A program made the translations under genes and the position numbers. DNA of 64,000 bases from Phaeosaccion multiseriatum (lineage: Eukaryota > Protista > Ochrophyta, other classes), in NCBI GenBank assembly GCA_965112735.1, contig OZ218956.1, forward strand, positions 124,001-188,000. Reading direction: 5' to 3'. The notes beneath the pieces were generated by a model. That model made no database searches, was not told the DNA's origin, and saw only the letters and a list, made by a program, of their open reading frames with translations. This document shows positions 9,740 to 22,197 of the stretch, piece after piece; position 1 is the first letter of the stretch, and each line of letters begins with the position of its first letter.

Positions 9740-10365
9740 GGACTCTCATCGATTCCACCACTTTGCAGGCCTTACACCTTCGCTCTTCTCAGGAGGGTGT
9801 GGCTTGATTTGTGGCGAATCACTGCGCCTTCAAACTCTCTTCACCCTCCATTTTTTTTGACAATTAATGTACATAATACCATTAGCCAATTCGATTCAGG
9901 AGCACCTCCCGCCTGCTGCTCGGCCCCTGACATGCTTCTGAGGCGACCCTGCTTCCTGCCTCTGGCCGGCGCCAGCCGGCCTGCTTCCTGCTTCTGGGCT
10001 GGCCTGTCTCAGAAGCATGTCAGGGGCCGATGCTGCTTCTCCAAGCACAGGACGTGTGAGCCCAGTCTTGCCACCTCTGTGAGGAGATTAAAGGGTGAAA
10101 TAATCCCTTCTTCGTATTACTCTTACACACCTCCTCCTTTCCTCTGTGCGTGCCTAGCTACCGGCCACTGTCTGCTGCCATGGGTGGCCTCGGGCCTGCG
10201 AGCACGCTCGCGATGAGGCGGGCTAGAAGGCAGGGCATGTGTACGCCAGCTGGCGCAACGGCCCAACGGCCTTACGTACATGAGGCTTACCCAACAGGGG
10301 TACAAGGAGCTCGTACTCAGCAATCACTACTGTGAAAGAGGAGGCGACGCGAGTACGGCGTTCGA

Positions 10366-10449
10366 CCCCTGATACACTATCCGCTATCGCCGGGGCCCGA
10401 CAGCGCGCTATCGAGAATGTGGGCGATAGTGTATCATCAGTATCAGGGG
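10366..10449. repeat. 84-bp inverted-repeat element (MITE-like hairpin)
   Basis: TGATACACTATC (10370-10381) pairs with GATAGTGTATCA (10425-10436); CCCCTGATAC (10366-10375) pairs with GTATCAGGGG (10440-10449). A related left arm occurs at 21809-21831. Confidence 0.5.
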
Positions 10450-10697
10450 GGGGGGGGAAAGGGGAAAGAGAGGAAGGAGGAAGAGTTTAGATATCGATCG
10501 ATTTTCCAAATCGAGATTCTATTTTTCTTTCAAAAAAAACGGGAGCCTCCAATTCACGATTCACCTTCCCCTCTTCCTCCCTTCTCCCTTCTAAGGATCA
10601 CCTTGCTCTTGAGCAGGGGGCCCTTCTTCGTCGGTACCTAGCTGTCGTCGTATAGGCATCGTCAGGTGAAGGGCCGGGTGGAGTGATTGGTCCCAAA

Positions 10698-11563
10698 ATG
10701 ATGGATCTGGCTTTCGAAGGGTCGCCCCACTTGCTGAAAGGGAGACTCGTAAACGTGCTTAGTAAGGCGGATATACGCTACGAGGGGACGCTCTACACCA
10801 TCGAACCTGACAAGTCCTCGCTTGCTCTTCAGAACGGTGAGCAGCAACTGGGGGGAGGACTCTGGGGGGGGTGCGGAGGGTCGAGAGCGGACGGGTGGGC
10901 GATAGAGTGCTGAGACGCTTTGCCATCTCTCCATAAATAGACCCCTTTGAGTGCTGAGATGCTTTGCCATCTCTCCATAAATACACCCCTTTGAATGCAT
11001 GCTTTGGTCCCCAACGGAACTCGTCTGACCTTACCGCTCCTCCCCCCCCACCCCTCCCGCCCTCGCTAGTGCGCAACTTTGGCACGGAGCACCGTGTGGA
11101 GGGGGAAAGAAGCATCCCTCCGTCGGACAACATCTGGCCCTACCTCGCGTTTCGAAAGTCGGACATGAAGGACCTTTCCGTGCACCCCACTGCTGACAAC
11201 TCCGGTGGTTCCAATCTCGCCGCCATGTTCGGCCCGTCTGGTGGCCAGGCTGGGCTCTGGGCGGAGCCCTCACAGCCGCCCGAGTCTGCCCTGCTGGCAG
11301 GGAGCGGTGAGAACCGTCAGGGAGAACCAGGAGAACCTCAGCTGGATCAGAAGGAGCACTATATGGGGCAGGAGCAGCACCAGTACCCGCACCAGCAGCG
11401 TCAGCAGCAGCACCAGTTTGTGATACAGCAGCCGCAGCAGCAGGAGGACCAGCAACACCATGAGCAACACCATCAGCAACAGCACCAGCAACAGCATCAG
11501 CAACACCATCAGCTGCAGCAGCAGCCGCAGCAGCAGCTCCACCACAACCTCCACCACCATCAT

Positions 11564-11596
<33 letters not shown>

Positions 11597-13498
11597 CACC
11601 ACCAGCCCCCACAGCAGATGTACGTGCAGCAACCGCCTTTCATGCACGGTCTGCCCTACGGCCCCTCCACCCCCGCTCCCCACATGGCCATGCCCTATTA
11701 CGCGGTGGGGCCAGGTCTGCCTCCTGGGGCCGGGGCTTACCCAGGGGGGCAGCAGCAGCAACCCCACCACCACCCCCTGGCCTACCAGCAGCCGCTTTCC
11801 CACCCCCATCAGCAGATGCAGCACATGCAGCAGATGCAGCACATGCACCCTCACCAGCACTTCCTGCCTCAGCACCCACACCATCAGGCGCACGTCTTCC
11901 CCCCCCACCCGCAGCATCAGCTTCAGCAGGGGCCGGAGTGGCACGCTCAAGGCCAGCAGGGAGGAGTAGACTCTATGCAGCAACCGCACCAACAGCAGCA
12001 ACAGCAACAGCAACCGCACCAGCAACAGCAACAGCAACCGCACCAGCAGCAAAAGCCCATGAACCCCATTGCGACGGTGTACACACCTTCCCAAAAGCAG
12101 CAGCAGGGGTTGGTGATACAACGGCCGTGGTCCGTCTCCGACGACAGAGCCGACCTGCTCGACCCGGACCTCTCCTCCAGCGCGGCCGGCGACAGTAGCA
12201 CCAACTGCTCCACCAGCAGCAACAGCAGCAGCAGCAGCAGCAGCCCTGTGAGCGGTGCTGTGGGCGACCCTTCCTTCTCGCCCTCGTCCAAGCCCCTGGA
12301 GTGGGCCGTATCCGGGCACCAAGCAGCAGCAGAAGCGGCAGCGGCAGAAGCAGCTGCTGTAGGGGTGTCTGCCGCCCCCTCCACTTCGCCCGCCCTGGGG
12401 CCATCGCCAGCAGCAGATGGGGCAGAGGGAGAGGGGGAAGCGGCAGCGCTACCCATGTTCCTGGGCATGGGCCCCGGGGAGGGAGTCCTGCAGGGCTCGC
12501 AGAGTGGGAAAGACGAGCCTCCGTTGCGGCTTCAGCAGATGCATGATGTGGGACAAGGCCAGCTGCAGCAGTTGGTGATACAGCCACAGCAGCAGCAGCA
12601 GCAGCAGCAGCAGGACGAGGAGGAGGGGGAGAGGAGGAGCGGCACGCTTGTGGGGCTGGACCCGCAGCAGCCCCAGCAGACACAACACACCGCTGTGGCG
12701 CCGAGGCTGGCGACTGAAGCTGCATGCCCCCCCCCCGAGAGAGGTGTTGTGGGAGCGAGTGCCAAGGAGGACCCAGTGCGGGACAAAGTGCCCCTGACCC
12801 AAGCAGCGCCGCCCCTACGTGAGGCGTGTGAGACGCAGGCTCCTCCGAAGCTCTCAAAGTCTCAGAAGATGAAGCTGCAGAGGCAACGGAAGAAGCAGCT
12901 GAGACTGGAGCGAGAACAGAAGGAGAAGGAGCAGCAGCAAGAGGAGGAGGAAGAGGAGGAGGAGAAGGAGGAGAAGGAGAGGGAGGAGCCGCAGCAGGAG
13001 CAGCCCCGGCAGCAGTCTCGGCACGAGCAGCAGCAGAAAGAAGAACAGAAAGAAGAGCAGCAGCCGCAGCAAAAGAAGAATAAGAGGCCAAAGCGGAAGC
13101 AGAAGCAGCAAGGAGAGCCAAAGCGGCATGCGCAGCTGGGAGAGGCGCAGGAGCCACATGAGTCACAGGAGCCACATGAGTCACAGGAGCCACTGCAGAC
13201 GGAGCTAGTGAGTCCGATTCAGACTCAGGGCAGAGGCAGCGGTGGCGGCAGCGGCAATGCGGGGGCAAAGGGCAGCGAGGACGGGCATGGTTCACAGCGA
13301 ATGCCCACAGTCCCCACAGAAAGCACATTCGCAGCAGTGCCCACGCCCCTGCAGCCCCCCCGGGGGTCGCGAGGCGTCGCTGCTGTCCCATTCGGAGCTC
13401 GCGCAGAGCCACCGCCACCACCAACGCCTCCTCAGCCGCAGCCCAAGTCCAGGCAGTTGCCTCAGATGGCAGCAGAGCCGCAGCAGCACAAGGCGAAC

Positions 13499-13533
<35 letters not shown>

Positions 13534-14354
13534 CCAGGCTCAAAGCTCAAAGTCTTCCTCTGTACCGCTGCGTCCTACACCTCAGCCCCAACAGCTGCCG
13601 AGGTCACAACAAAGGCAGCGCCCTCAGTCCCCTCAGGCCGCACAGCCCCCGCCTCAGCAGCAGCAGCAGTTGGTGATACAGCAGCACCAGCAGCAGCAGC
13701 AGCAGCAAGGCAAGACAGAGCAGCAGGACCAGTCTCGAAGAGAAGGAGCTCAGCCCCAGCAGAAGCGGCAACATCCACCGAGAGGTCAGCCAAGGCAGCG
13801 CTCTCAGCTCCCTGAGGCCCCACAACGACAGCAGCAGCAGCAGAAGGGAAGCACACAGCAGGAGGACCAGTCTCGAAGGGAAGGAGCTCAGCACCCACAG
13901 CAGCGGTGCCCTCAGGGCCCTCAGGGCTCTCAACGCCCACAGACCCAGCCGCATCAGCCGCATCAGCCGCATCAGCCGCATCAGCTGCATCAGCAGCAGC
14001 AGAAGCAGCAGCGGCAGAAGCAGCAACACCAGCAGCAGGAGAGTCGGCAAGCACTGCAGAAGCGGCAAGCTCGGCCGCAGCAGGCCAAGGTGGGACAAGG
14101 AGAGTGCCTCCTGGCGGCTCGACCCCGGGGGGGCGACGGACTGGCCTGCCCCACGGAGGCCTTCGACTTCTCCCCCGGGGAAGGGCCCGACGTGCAGCAG
14201 GAGAGGGCTTTGCTGGCGGCCTCTGTAAAGCCCTACAAGAAGAGCACGTCCGTGTCGGGCTTTTTCGACGAGATCAGCTGCCAGACCAGCGACGCAAGGC
14301 AGCAGCAACAGTTGACTCAGAGGACCGGGGGGAGGGTAAGGAGGGGGGGAGGTG

Positions 14355-14396
<42 letters not shown>

Positions 14397-14725
14397 TGGT
14401 GATACAGCAGCAGAGAGAGCCTGAGCCGCTGCCCGAGTGGGAATTGAACAGGAAAACGTTCGGGGCGGAGGGCCTTGAGCCCGTCAGCGGTGAAGGGAAG
14501 CGCCGCGAGGCAGGGCCAGCGACACAGTCCGTGGCGAGGTCCGGTGCCTCCAGGGGCGGAGGGGGGCAAGCGGCGGCAGGGGCAGCAGCAGGGGCAGGGG
14601 TAGCAATAGGAGCAGCACGACCACAGGCCAACGGGAATGGCAAGCAGCTCGGTGGGAAAGCAAATGCAGCACCTTTGGCTGGAGAGGTAAAGCCCGGGCA
14701 GCAGCAGCAACAGCAGCAACAACAA

Positions 14726-14769
<44 letters not shown>

Positions 14770-14844
14770 GCAACAACAACAACAACAACAACAGCAACAA
14801 CAACAACAACAGCAACAACAACAACGACAACAACGACAACAACG

Positions 14845-14896
<52 letters not shown>

Positions 14897-14914
14897 CGAC
14901 AAAAACAACAACAA

Positions 14915-14967
<53 letters not shown>

Positions 14968-14997
14968 GCAACCACAACCACAACAACAACAACGACC

Positions 14998-15030
<33 letters not shown>

Positions 15031-15496
15031 GCAACAACAACAACACTCAGTGGCACCTATTCGTCAGCCTAAGCAACAGCCGCAGCAGCAGCAGCAGCAG
15101 CAACAACCGGCGCCCTCCAGGCAGGCGAACTCCCGAGGGGTCGGTGTAGCTGGGCAGGTGGGTGCACTTGGGTCTCGGGCCGGAGCGCCAGCTCCAGTCA
15201 GCATGGCTGGACAAGACGGAGGGGGGACAGGAGCAGGGCCCGCGACGGCCGGCGGAGCAGGCGGGGGAAAGAGGAGAGCTCGCAGGAGGGGAGGAGGCAA
15301 GGCCGGAGGGGGCGCGCCTTCCTCTGGTGTAGGAGCAGCAGCGGCGGCACCTGGTTTGAGGCAAGGGCCACCAGCAGCAGCACCACTGGCAGTTGGTGAC
15401 ACAGCAGCAGCAACTCGGGCCCCGGGCGCAGGCAAGAAGAAGAAGAAGAGTTTGGGGGGGGCTCTGTCGGCGGTAGGGCAAGCACCGCAGTGCTGA
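10698..15496 (+). CDS. LSM14: LSm14/Scd6/DCP5-family mRNA decapping activator with very large polyQ expansions (exons 10698-10836, 11070-15496)
   Basis: LSm14 domain LSKADIRYEGTLYTIEPDKSSLALQN/VRNFGTEHR...AFRKSDMKDLSV; FDF (EAFDF), FFD (YKKS..SGFFDEISC) and TFG (LNRKTFG) motifs. Confidence 0.92.
12569..12583 (+). repeat. Dispersed 15-mer CAGTTGGTGATACAG (representative copy)
   Basis: Exact copies start at 12569, 13667, 14393, 26904, 55291 and, on the minus strand, 29256-29270. One-mismatch copies at 11414, 15390, 30729. Confidence 0.9.
14700..15043 (+). repeat. (CAA)n-dominated polyglutamine tract
   Basis: About 110 mostly CAA codons in LSm14 exon 2. Confidence 0.95.
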
Positions 15497-15980
15497 GGCA
15501 TGCGGGACTGAGGCAAACTCTCCTCCTGAGGGGGGGGGGGCTGCTGCGCTCTTCTGAACGTGTTGGGCATCTATCTGTGAGGCGAGCGGCAGGGCCTGAG
15601 CCTGGGCGACGTTGGAGGGGCAGGGTGGGAGGAGAGGGGAAGGGGCGGCTCCTGTTTGTGCTTCTTTCGGGGGTGCAAAGGGGAAGGGGCGGTAAATTTC
15701 AGTCACAGGGGTGGGCCTGAGCAGCACCCACAGAGGTTAATTCATTCCGGTGTGGCGCGCAGTTAGTCCGTGTTTCCGTTTGTGCACGTGTAGATACATT
15801 ATTTTTTTAAAATTAAAAATGTGGGGCGAGAATCAATCAATCAGTCAGTGAACAAACGTGAAGTTGGTACTCCCACACCGCACATTTGGCCAACAACAGA
15901 CCGTGCCCAGGTTGTCTGGCGACCGACCACCTCTTCACCCCTCGAAGCTTTGCAAGCCTCACTACTCACCACCCACGCCC

Positions 15981-18642
15981 TCACGCATCATCAACCCAGA
16001 TTTTGTCGGTGAGCCATAGGCCTTCCACCTTGCGCATGTCCCAGCTCACTGACTTCCATTCAGGAGGGGCCGAGGAAGAGGGGGGGCGCACCAGCCTGTC
16101 CTCTCGCCCCCACCCCCCCCCCCTGCTGCTCCTGCCGCTAGGCCGTTTCACCTGCTTCCAGCCCTCCCCACTGCCATCATTGGCCCCCTTGCAGCGCAGC
16201 AGCAGCAGCAGCCGAGCCTCTGTATCGGAGGCGTTCCGCTCCTCATCATGGAACATGAGGTCCTCCCACTCGGCAATGATGCTGTAGTGCTCCTCCCGCA
16301 GGTACTGGGCAGTCAGGAGGGGTGAGAGGCAGACGGGATGAGTGGCCTAGCTATGCGCCTTGCTCCGCAAAGAACCCCACAGCCCAATCACAGCACAGCG
16401 GGCGGCACAAACGCAGCCTCCGTCTACCAGCCGAGCATGACATCACTCTGACATGGGCATGCGAATCGTTGACTTGGGCAGACCAAGGCACCGACCTTGG
16501 TGGATGAAAGGCAAACTAAAGCACTGGCAAAGGCCAGACGAGAGGCAGACAAGAGGTACTCAGGAGGCAACAAAAATGTACAAAAGAGGCACAAAAGAGA
16601 AAAGACATTTGGCAGACAAAAGCACTGACCTTGGCGAAGTGCGCGGGCGTGAGTGTGGAGGCGGGGTTGCTGGGCGCACTGAACCTGATCGCCACCTCTG
16701 TCCCGTGGTTAGAGAAGGGAATGTCGTTCAGGCGCAGGGCTAGCAAGGTGTTGAAGGCTGACCGCTGAGGGGCACGGCACACACGGGTTGGGGGGGGGGG
16801 GGGTTTGAGTCCAAACAAGGGCTTCGGAGAGACAAGAGAGAGAGAGAGAGAAACAGGCAGGGGTGGGTGGGTGGGGATGGATGGAGAGCGAGCGACAAAG
16901 AGAGTGGAGAGAGAAAGAGAGAGGGGGCGAGAGAAGAAAGAGCCCGCGAGCGATGGAGGGGAGAGCACGAGATGAGAGCAGAGAAGCAGAGGGAGAGAAA
17001 GACAGCGAACACACTCACACACACTGTCCCACCTTGGGCGACAATTCGTGGGCCGGTTCCTCCTTGATGAGAGAGAGCAGATAGGCCGGCGAGTGGAGCG
17101 ACACATCCACAAAGCCCAAGTCCGGCTCCTCCTCGTGCTCCTCGAAGAGCGGCGAGGGTGCGGGAGGTCGGCCTGCGCTGGCCCTGCTGCTGCCGTCGTC
17201 CACCCACAAACCCTCCACCCGCCACGCCGCAGCCTCCGGTGCCGCTGCCCCCCCCGCTTGCTCCGCTGCGGTGCCTGTGGGGCCCTTTTCCTTTGCAGGC
17301 ACGAGCACGCAAACGACAATCAGGAGGGGTACACGGCAGACCTTCAGTGGTCATCGTGTCCGCCTGGCACGTACCGGATGAGTGTACCCACCCACCCACC
17401 CACCCACCCCCACCCCACCCCGCCTCAACTGCTTGCACCCTGCCCTCACCTCGAGCACCAAGGTGAAGACGACAGTGGACCATGCCCGATCCTCCGACCT
17501 CTTCACACACACCCTCTGCACCGCTCTCTGCCCCAGTCGGAGCCAACTGTCGGAACTATCGTGGTCAACGCCGCCCCCCCCCTCCCTTGCGCTGTCGGAC
17601 TCCATCTCGGGCCCTTCTCTAATCTCCATCTCATCCCATTCGCCCAGGACGTGGTAGAAGGGCAGCCTGGTCACAAGGGGGGGGGGGGAGATATGCATAC
17701 CGCACGAGGATGAGTAGAGTTGTAAAGGCCCGTTGTCTCTGTCTGTGGTCGAACGCTTCACGACAGAGACAGGCGAGAGACACGGCCAGCGCGAAGAGGA
17801 CCCTCTACCAAGCCAGTAAGCTATCAGCCCCATACCAATACACGTAAGTCACCATCAGTGACTTCCAACGCACTCACGCCGGGTCGTTCACGTATGCCTG
17901 CATCTGCGCTGCGTTGAACCTCCTGGCGGGGTTGGTCTTGCTGCAAGCTCCGATGGCGGCGCCGAAGTTTCCCTCCTGAGTGGCCCGCAGCACGCGCCGA
18001 CCTACCGCCATTGGGGACGCTTCGGGAGATGGCACCCAACGGCCTGCTGCCTTGACTACGCTCCAGATGCATCCGAGAGAGGGGGGGGGGGGGGTTGGGG
18101 GGTCGAGCGTATATTCGTAAACAGGACTGGTGCCGACGGATTCAAATTCTGGTGGATTGAATTTGCAACCCGTCTTTGCTCCTGCAGCAGTGCCCACTTT
18201 CATTGCCCAGCTCACCTGCCACTCCTCCGGTGAGACGGCTCGAGCTACTGTCGGCGCTGCCGCCGCCGCCGCTGCTGCTACTGCTCGTTCTCTCTTCGTT
18301 CTCTCCGTCTCTCTCGCTCTCGCCATCGCCGTCCTGGTGGTACCCTCCCCGCACAGACCCCGACAAGCGCTGCTCCAGTTGGGCTCGACTCCGCTTTCTC
18401 CACCCGCTCCCCGTGCCGCGCGCCCTTCCTCCACTCTCCACCGCCGCCCCCGAAAACCGCAGTGATCCTCGTCGGGCCTCAAACGAAAGAGGAGCTTGTC
18501 GTGCAGGGAGGGGAGTGACAAAAGCCTGTGCGAGAAAGAGCGCCCCTTCGCCTGTCGTCCCTTCGAAAAGGTCCCAGCTGCTGCTGTAGCCAGACGGGCC
18601 CAGGGCAGCCAGGCCCAGCAGAGTCGACGCAACGCATCGCAT
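15981..18642 (-). CDS. Plastid-targeted DUF4864-like protein, multi-exon, probably two domain repeats
   Basis: MRCVASTLLGLAALG...LAQAFVTP leader; PSPEASPMAVGRRVLRA and PAHELSPK..TLLALRLNDIPFSNHGTEVAIRFS..SNP; ends WDMRKVEGLWLTDKI. GT-AG junctions link the exons. Family assigned from recalled motif resemblance. Confidence 0.55.
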
Positions 18643-19490
18643 CACTTCAATATGTATCCCAGCAGGTTCGGGTCGGTCTTTTTGTCGTGCCTTTCTGTGC
18701 CCTCCGCCACTGTTCCACCTTCGAGGCGTAGGAGAGAGGCTGAGAGGTGCTGCTACTGTCGATGTCGACGTTGTTCTTCCTTGCTGCGGCTTAGCTCTGG
18801 CTTTTTCCAGAGAAGAACTAAAGCGGCGTGGTGCCGCAAAGTATGTCAAGGAAAATCGAGGATCGACTTTTCCCCCATTTTTCCTTTACCTTTACAATTG
18901 AGCTGAGTGTTTAGCACAGGTGGATAGGCAACGCGTCGCAAAGGTTAATAGACAGCACAAAAAGGACAAGAACCCTCCCTTCTGTTGGCACTCTGGGGTC
19001 TGTTGGGAACCCCACATTCTCAATCGATCTCAAGGCCGCTCATCACCGTCCGAGGGCAGAAGAATCAGAAGAAAGGCTGAGAGGTGCTGTGAGTGTCGAT
19101 GTCAGTGTTGTTTGTTGCCGTGTTATGGATACACGATACACTCCTTCTCCTTCTTTGTTGTCACAAATTCCAACCAACATGTTTAACTCTTATTTTTTCC
19201 TTTTTCCTTGTCATCATTTGACATTACATCATTCCTTGACTTAGTATTTTCTGATTGCATCAATCTTTCCCGGGGTGGACGCCTAGACGTGACAAGAGTT
19301 GTGGGCAAAAAGGTACATATCAAATAGTAGTGATCTCGGGAGTTGGCAACCTCAAGACAGGACGGTGCTGCCAACAATCACTCCCACACTCTGTGCAACC
19401 GTCCCTACCTTTGGAGCGTTTGCAGCACAGGGCTTTGGAGGGGTCTGGTCAGGCAAAGGACGTGCATCACTTGGTGACCCTTCAGAGGTC

Positions 19491-21268
19491 ATGTTTCTCC
19501 AGCAGCAGCAGAAGCAGCGGCAGCAGCAGCAGATGCAGCAGCGTCGAGGCGTAGGCTCCCTGCCCCGAGCGCGCATGCTCATCGTCGCGTTCGCGGGCGT
19601 GGCTTTGGGGGGGCAGCATGATGTCATGGTGCAGGCCTTCGTGCCGGGAGGTCTCGCTTTGTCCTCTCCAGCAGCAGGAGCACTAAAAGGAGGAGGAGCG
19701 TTTGCCGGAGGAAACCCCCGAGGACTAGGGCTCCAAGTGGACGCAACGGGAGCGAGGAGCACGTCCTTGAGAATGGTGAGTCGAGAGGATGGGGATGGGA
19801 TGAGCTATGAGCTGTGCTGGACAATGGGGTGTTGTTCCCCCTCTCTGCGTCACATGAAGAAAGCGCCTTGTTGCAAGCACCCAGCACGCAGCTGCACACA
19901 CCCATCATGTCCGCTCAGTCACACGTCCCCTTCCCTTCCTCTGTGCCCAGCACATGAGTCGTCTCGGCGCCTCTCATTGTGGTCCGTTCGTTGTAAACCC
20001 CCTTCCCTTCCGTTGACCTCTTTTATAATGGAAGACGTGTACTAATCGTCGTGCATGTGCCCCGCGCTTCTCTGTTATATCAGGTCACGCTCTCCCCCAC
20101 CGACACTCGCGGCCGCAGCGCCAGCCTACCTGAGCGCCCCGAGCACCCTGAGCGCAAGCGCAACAGCCCCTCTGGAGGCTCCAGCCCAGTGGCCCAGCAG
20201 CTGCTAGAGCTGGAAGTGGAGCAGCGCAGGCTCTCCGCTTCGGAGCCCGTGCCAGGCAGGGAAGGCTGCTTCCTCCCCTGGACGCAGTCCATCGCCGGCC
20301 CCGCCTTCCCCTTGACGTACATGGGTTTCTTCGAGAAGGCGCTCAACAAGCTAGCTGCCCGCATGCCCGGACTCGAGGTGGTGGCCGTACCCAAGGAGCT
20401 CGGCTACTCGGAGAATCTCAAGAAGAAGGCGCGTATCCTCAGCCTCGAGTTCAAGAGCGATGCCATCCGCAAGGCGCGCCTCACGTACTTTGACGCAGGG
20501 GACGCCGTGCAGGTGTTCAACATGGTGCTTTACCCGAAGGACCACCTTGAGACACCTTTGTTCGGCGTGGACCTCATCAGCTTCGGCGGCAAGCACCTGG
20601 CGGGCATTGACTTCCAGCCGCTGGTGGACGGGGACGAGGAGTACAATGCCAAGTACTTGGACCAGCTGGGCCCTGTGAGGGCCAAGTATCCCACTCTGGG
20701 CCAGAAGATCAGCCAGCGCTTCTACGACAGCGCGCAGTTCTTCTCCCCGCACATGCTCTTCGGCCGCTACGAGGTGAGAAGACGTAAATTTGTGGGTGTT
20801 CTTTCTCTTACCGCCTTCCTTATTCTCCCATTCACTGAGCCCCTCCGCCATCCTTGTCACTCACCTCCCCTTCCCCCCCTCCTGCCTCCTGTACCACCTC
20901 CTCAGGACCGCGAGGTGATTAAGAAGGAGCTCGCCCCGGCCTTCGACGAGTACATGGACTCATACCTTGACACGCTGCAGGCCTCTGTGCGGGAGAGCAC
21001 CACGGCCGAGACGTCGCTGGCGTCTACCACGGGCATCGACATTGTCGACCGCCAGCGCGCCTACGACCAGTACAACGCCGCAAGAGACCCCGCGCATGGG
21101 CTGTTCGTCAAGTACTTTGGCGAGGAGTGGTCGCACAGGTATATGGATGAGTTCCTCTTTGAGAGGAGCGTGAGGCCTGAGGGGGGGTACCCGAAGGTGC
21201 AACGCGGCCCGCCACCGCCCCCCCCGCAGGCAAAGGAAGTGCAGGCCTCTTCCTCTTCCTCTACTTGA
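19491..21268 (+). CDS. pebA: Plastid-targeted ferredoxin-dependent bilin reductase, PebA-like (exons ~19491-19775, 20084-20773, 20906-21268)
   Basis: IRKARLTYFDAGDAVQVFNMVLYP, PLFGVDLISFG, IDFQPL, FYDSAQFFS, QRAYDQYNAARDPAHGLFVKYFGEEWS..YMDEFLF; leader MLIVAFAGVALGG..VQAFVPG. Confidence 0.88.
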
Positions 21269-22197
21269 GGAGGGTGAGGGTGAGGTGCTCGACATAAGAG
21301 GGAGGGTGGAGCTTGGCACAGGAGGGAAGGGGGAAGTTGGTGAGGGCTCGTGGTGAAGGTGCAGGACCGATGAGGGTGCAGGACCAAGTTTTGTTCCCCC
21401 TACTCCGACGATACGCTGTTTTGAGTAATACTTGGGGGGCTAAGAGTTTTGAGTTGGGAGGAGTTTTTGAGGCACGGAGGGGGAAGAGCAACAGGCGGAG
21501 TTGGGAGACCTTGAAATGGGTCTTGCGCTGGGCCTTGCTTGCGTCGCGCGCGGAGGGAGAGGAGCCCTGCAGAGTTGCGTGGCTGGCTGCAGCCTAGACA
21601 CATAGATATACATACGAGAGAGTGAAGAAACGATACACATACGCTACATACACAAGATACATAGAGGGACAACAAGAAGGATAGCCAGGTTATACAATAT
21701 ATCATACATAAAGTAAAAAGCCGTAACAAAAAAGGGGACTCCTTACCAAAAAAAGTCATCATTTGGTGGGGCGCACCAGACGTACGGCGTAAAGGTTGAA
21801 GTACTCAACCCCTGATGCACACTATCCGCTACCAGCCGGCTTTTGGGGGATGAGTTTCGATGGGTTGTGGGGGCGTGTGAAAGTGGAAGTATGTCAATGA
21901 AATCGCGAAACGCTCTCCCTTTGAAGAGAAAGGAGAATTAAAGCAAAAAAAACCTGAGAAAGCAAGTGTTCGCAGAGCATTCAATAGTTCGCTTGTCATC
22001 ACTTGTGCTGCCAGTCTCACCTAAGCGGCCCGGGGAAGGAAGGAACCCCCCACGCCGCCCGTCGCGCGGCCCTTTCCTATGCCATGACCTGGGACAGGGG
22101 AAGCACACGAGACGTGATGCGTGAGGCACAGAATACGGTATAAGCACGCCTCGTTAACGCAACGGCGTTCGGAGACGAGTAGAGCGAAGAGAGGAGG

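Noticed and set aside
11031-15727. Long poly-Leu, poly-Ala, poly-Val and poly-Cys ORFs
   Set aside because: Shadow frames of the CAG/CAA tracts of LSm14. The same applies to 50265-51442 over BAF60.
19491-21268. Evidence for a phycobilisome pathway or cyanobacterial contamination
   Set aside because: The gene has spliceosomal introns and a bipartite leader, and no phycobiliprotein or lyase genes are nearby.
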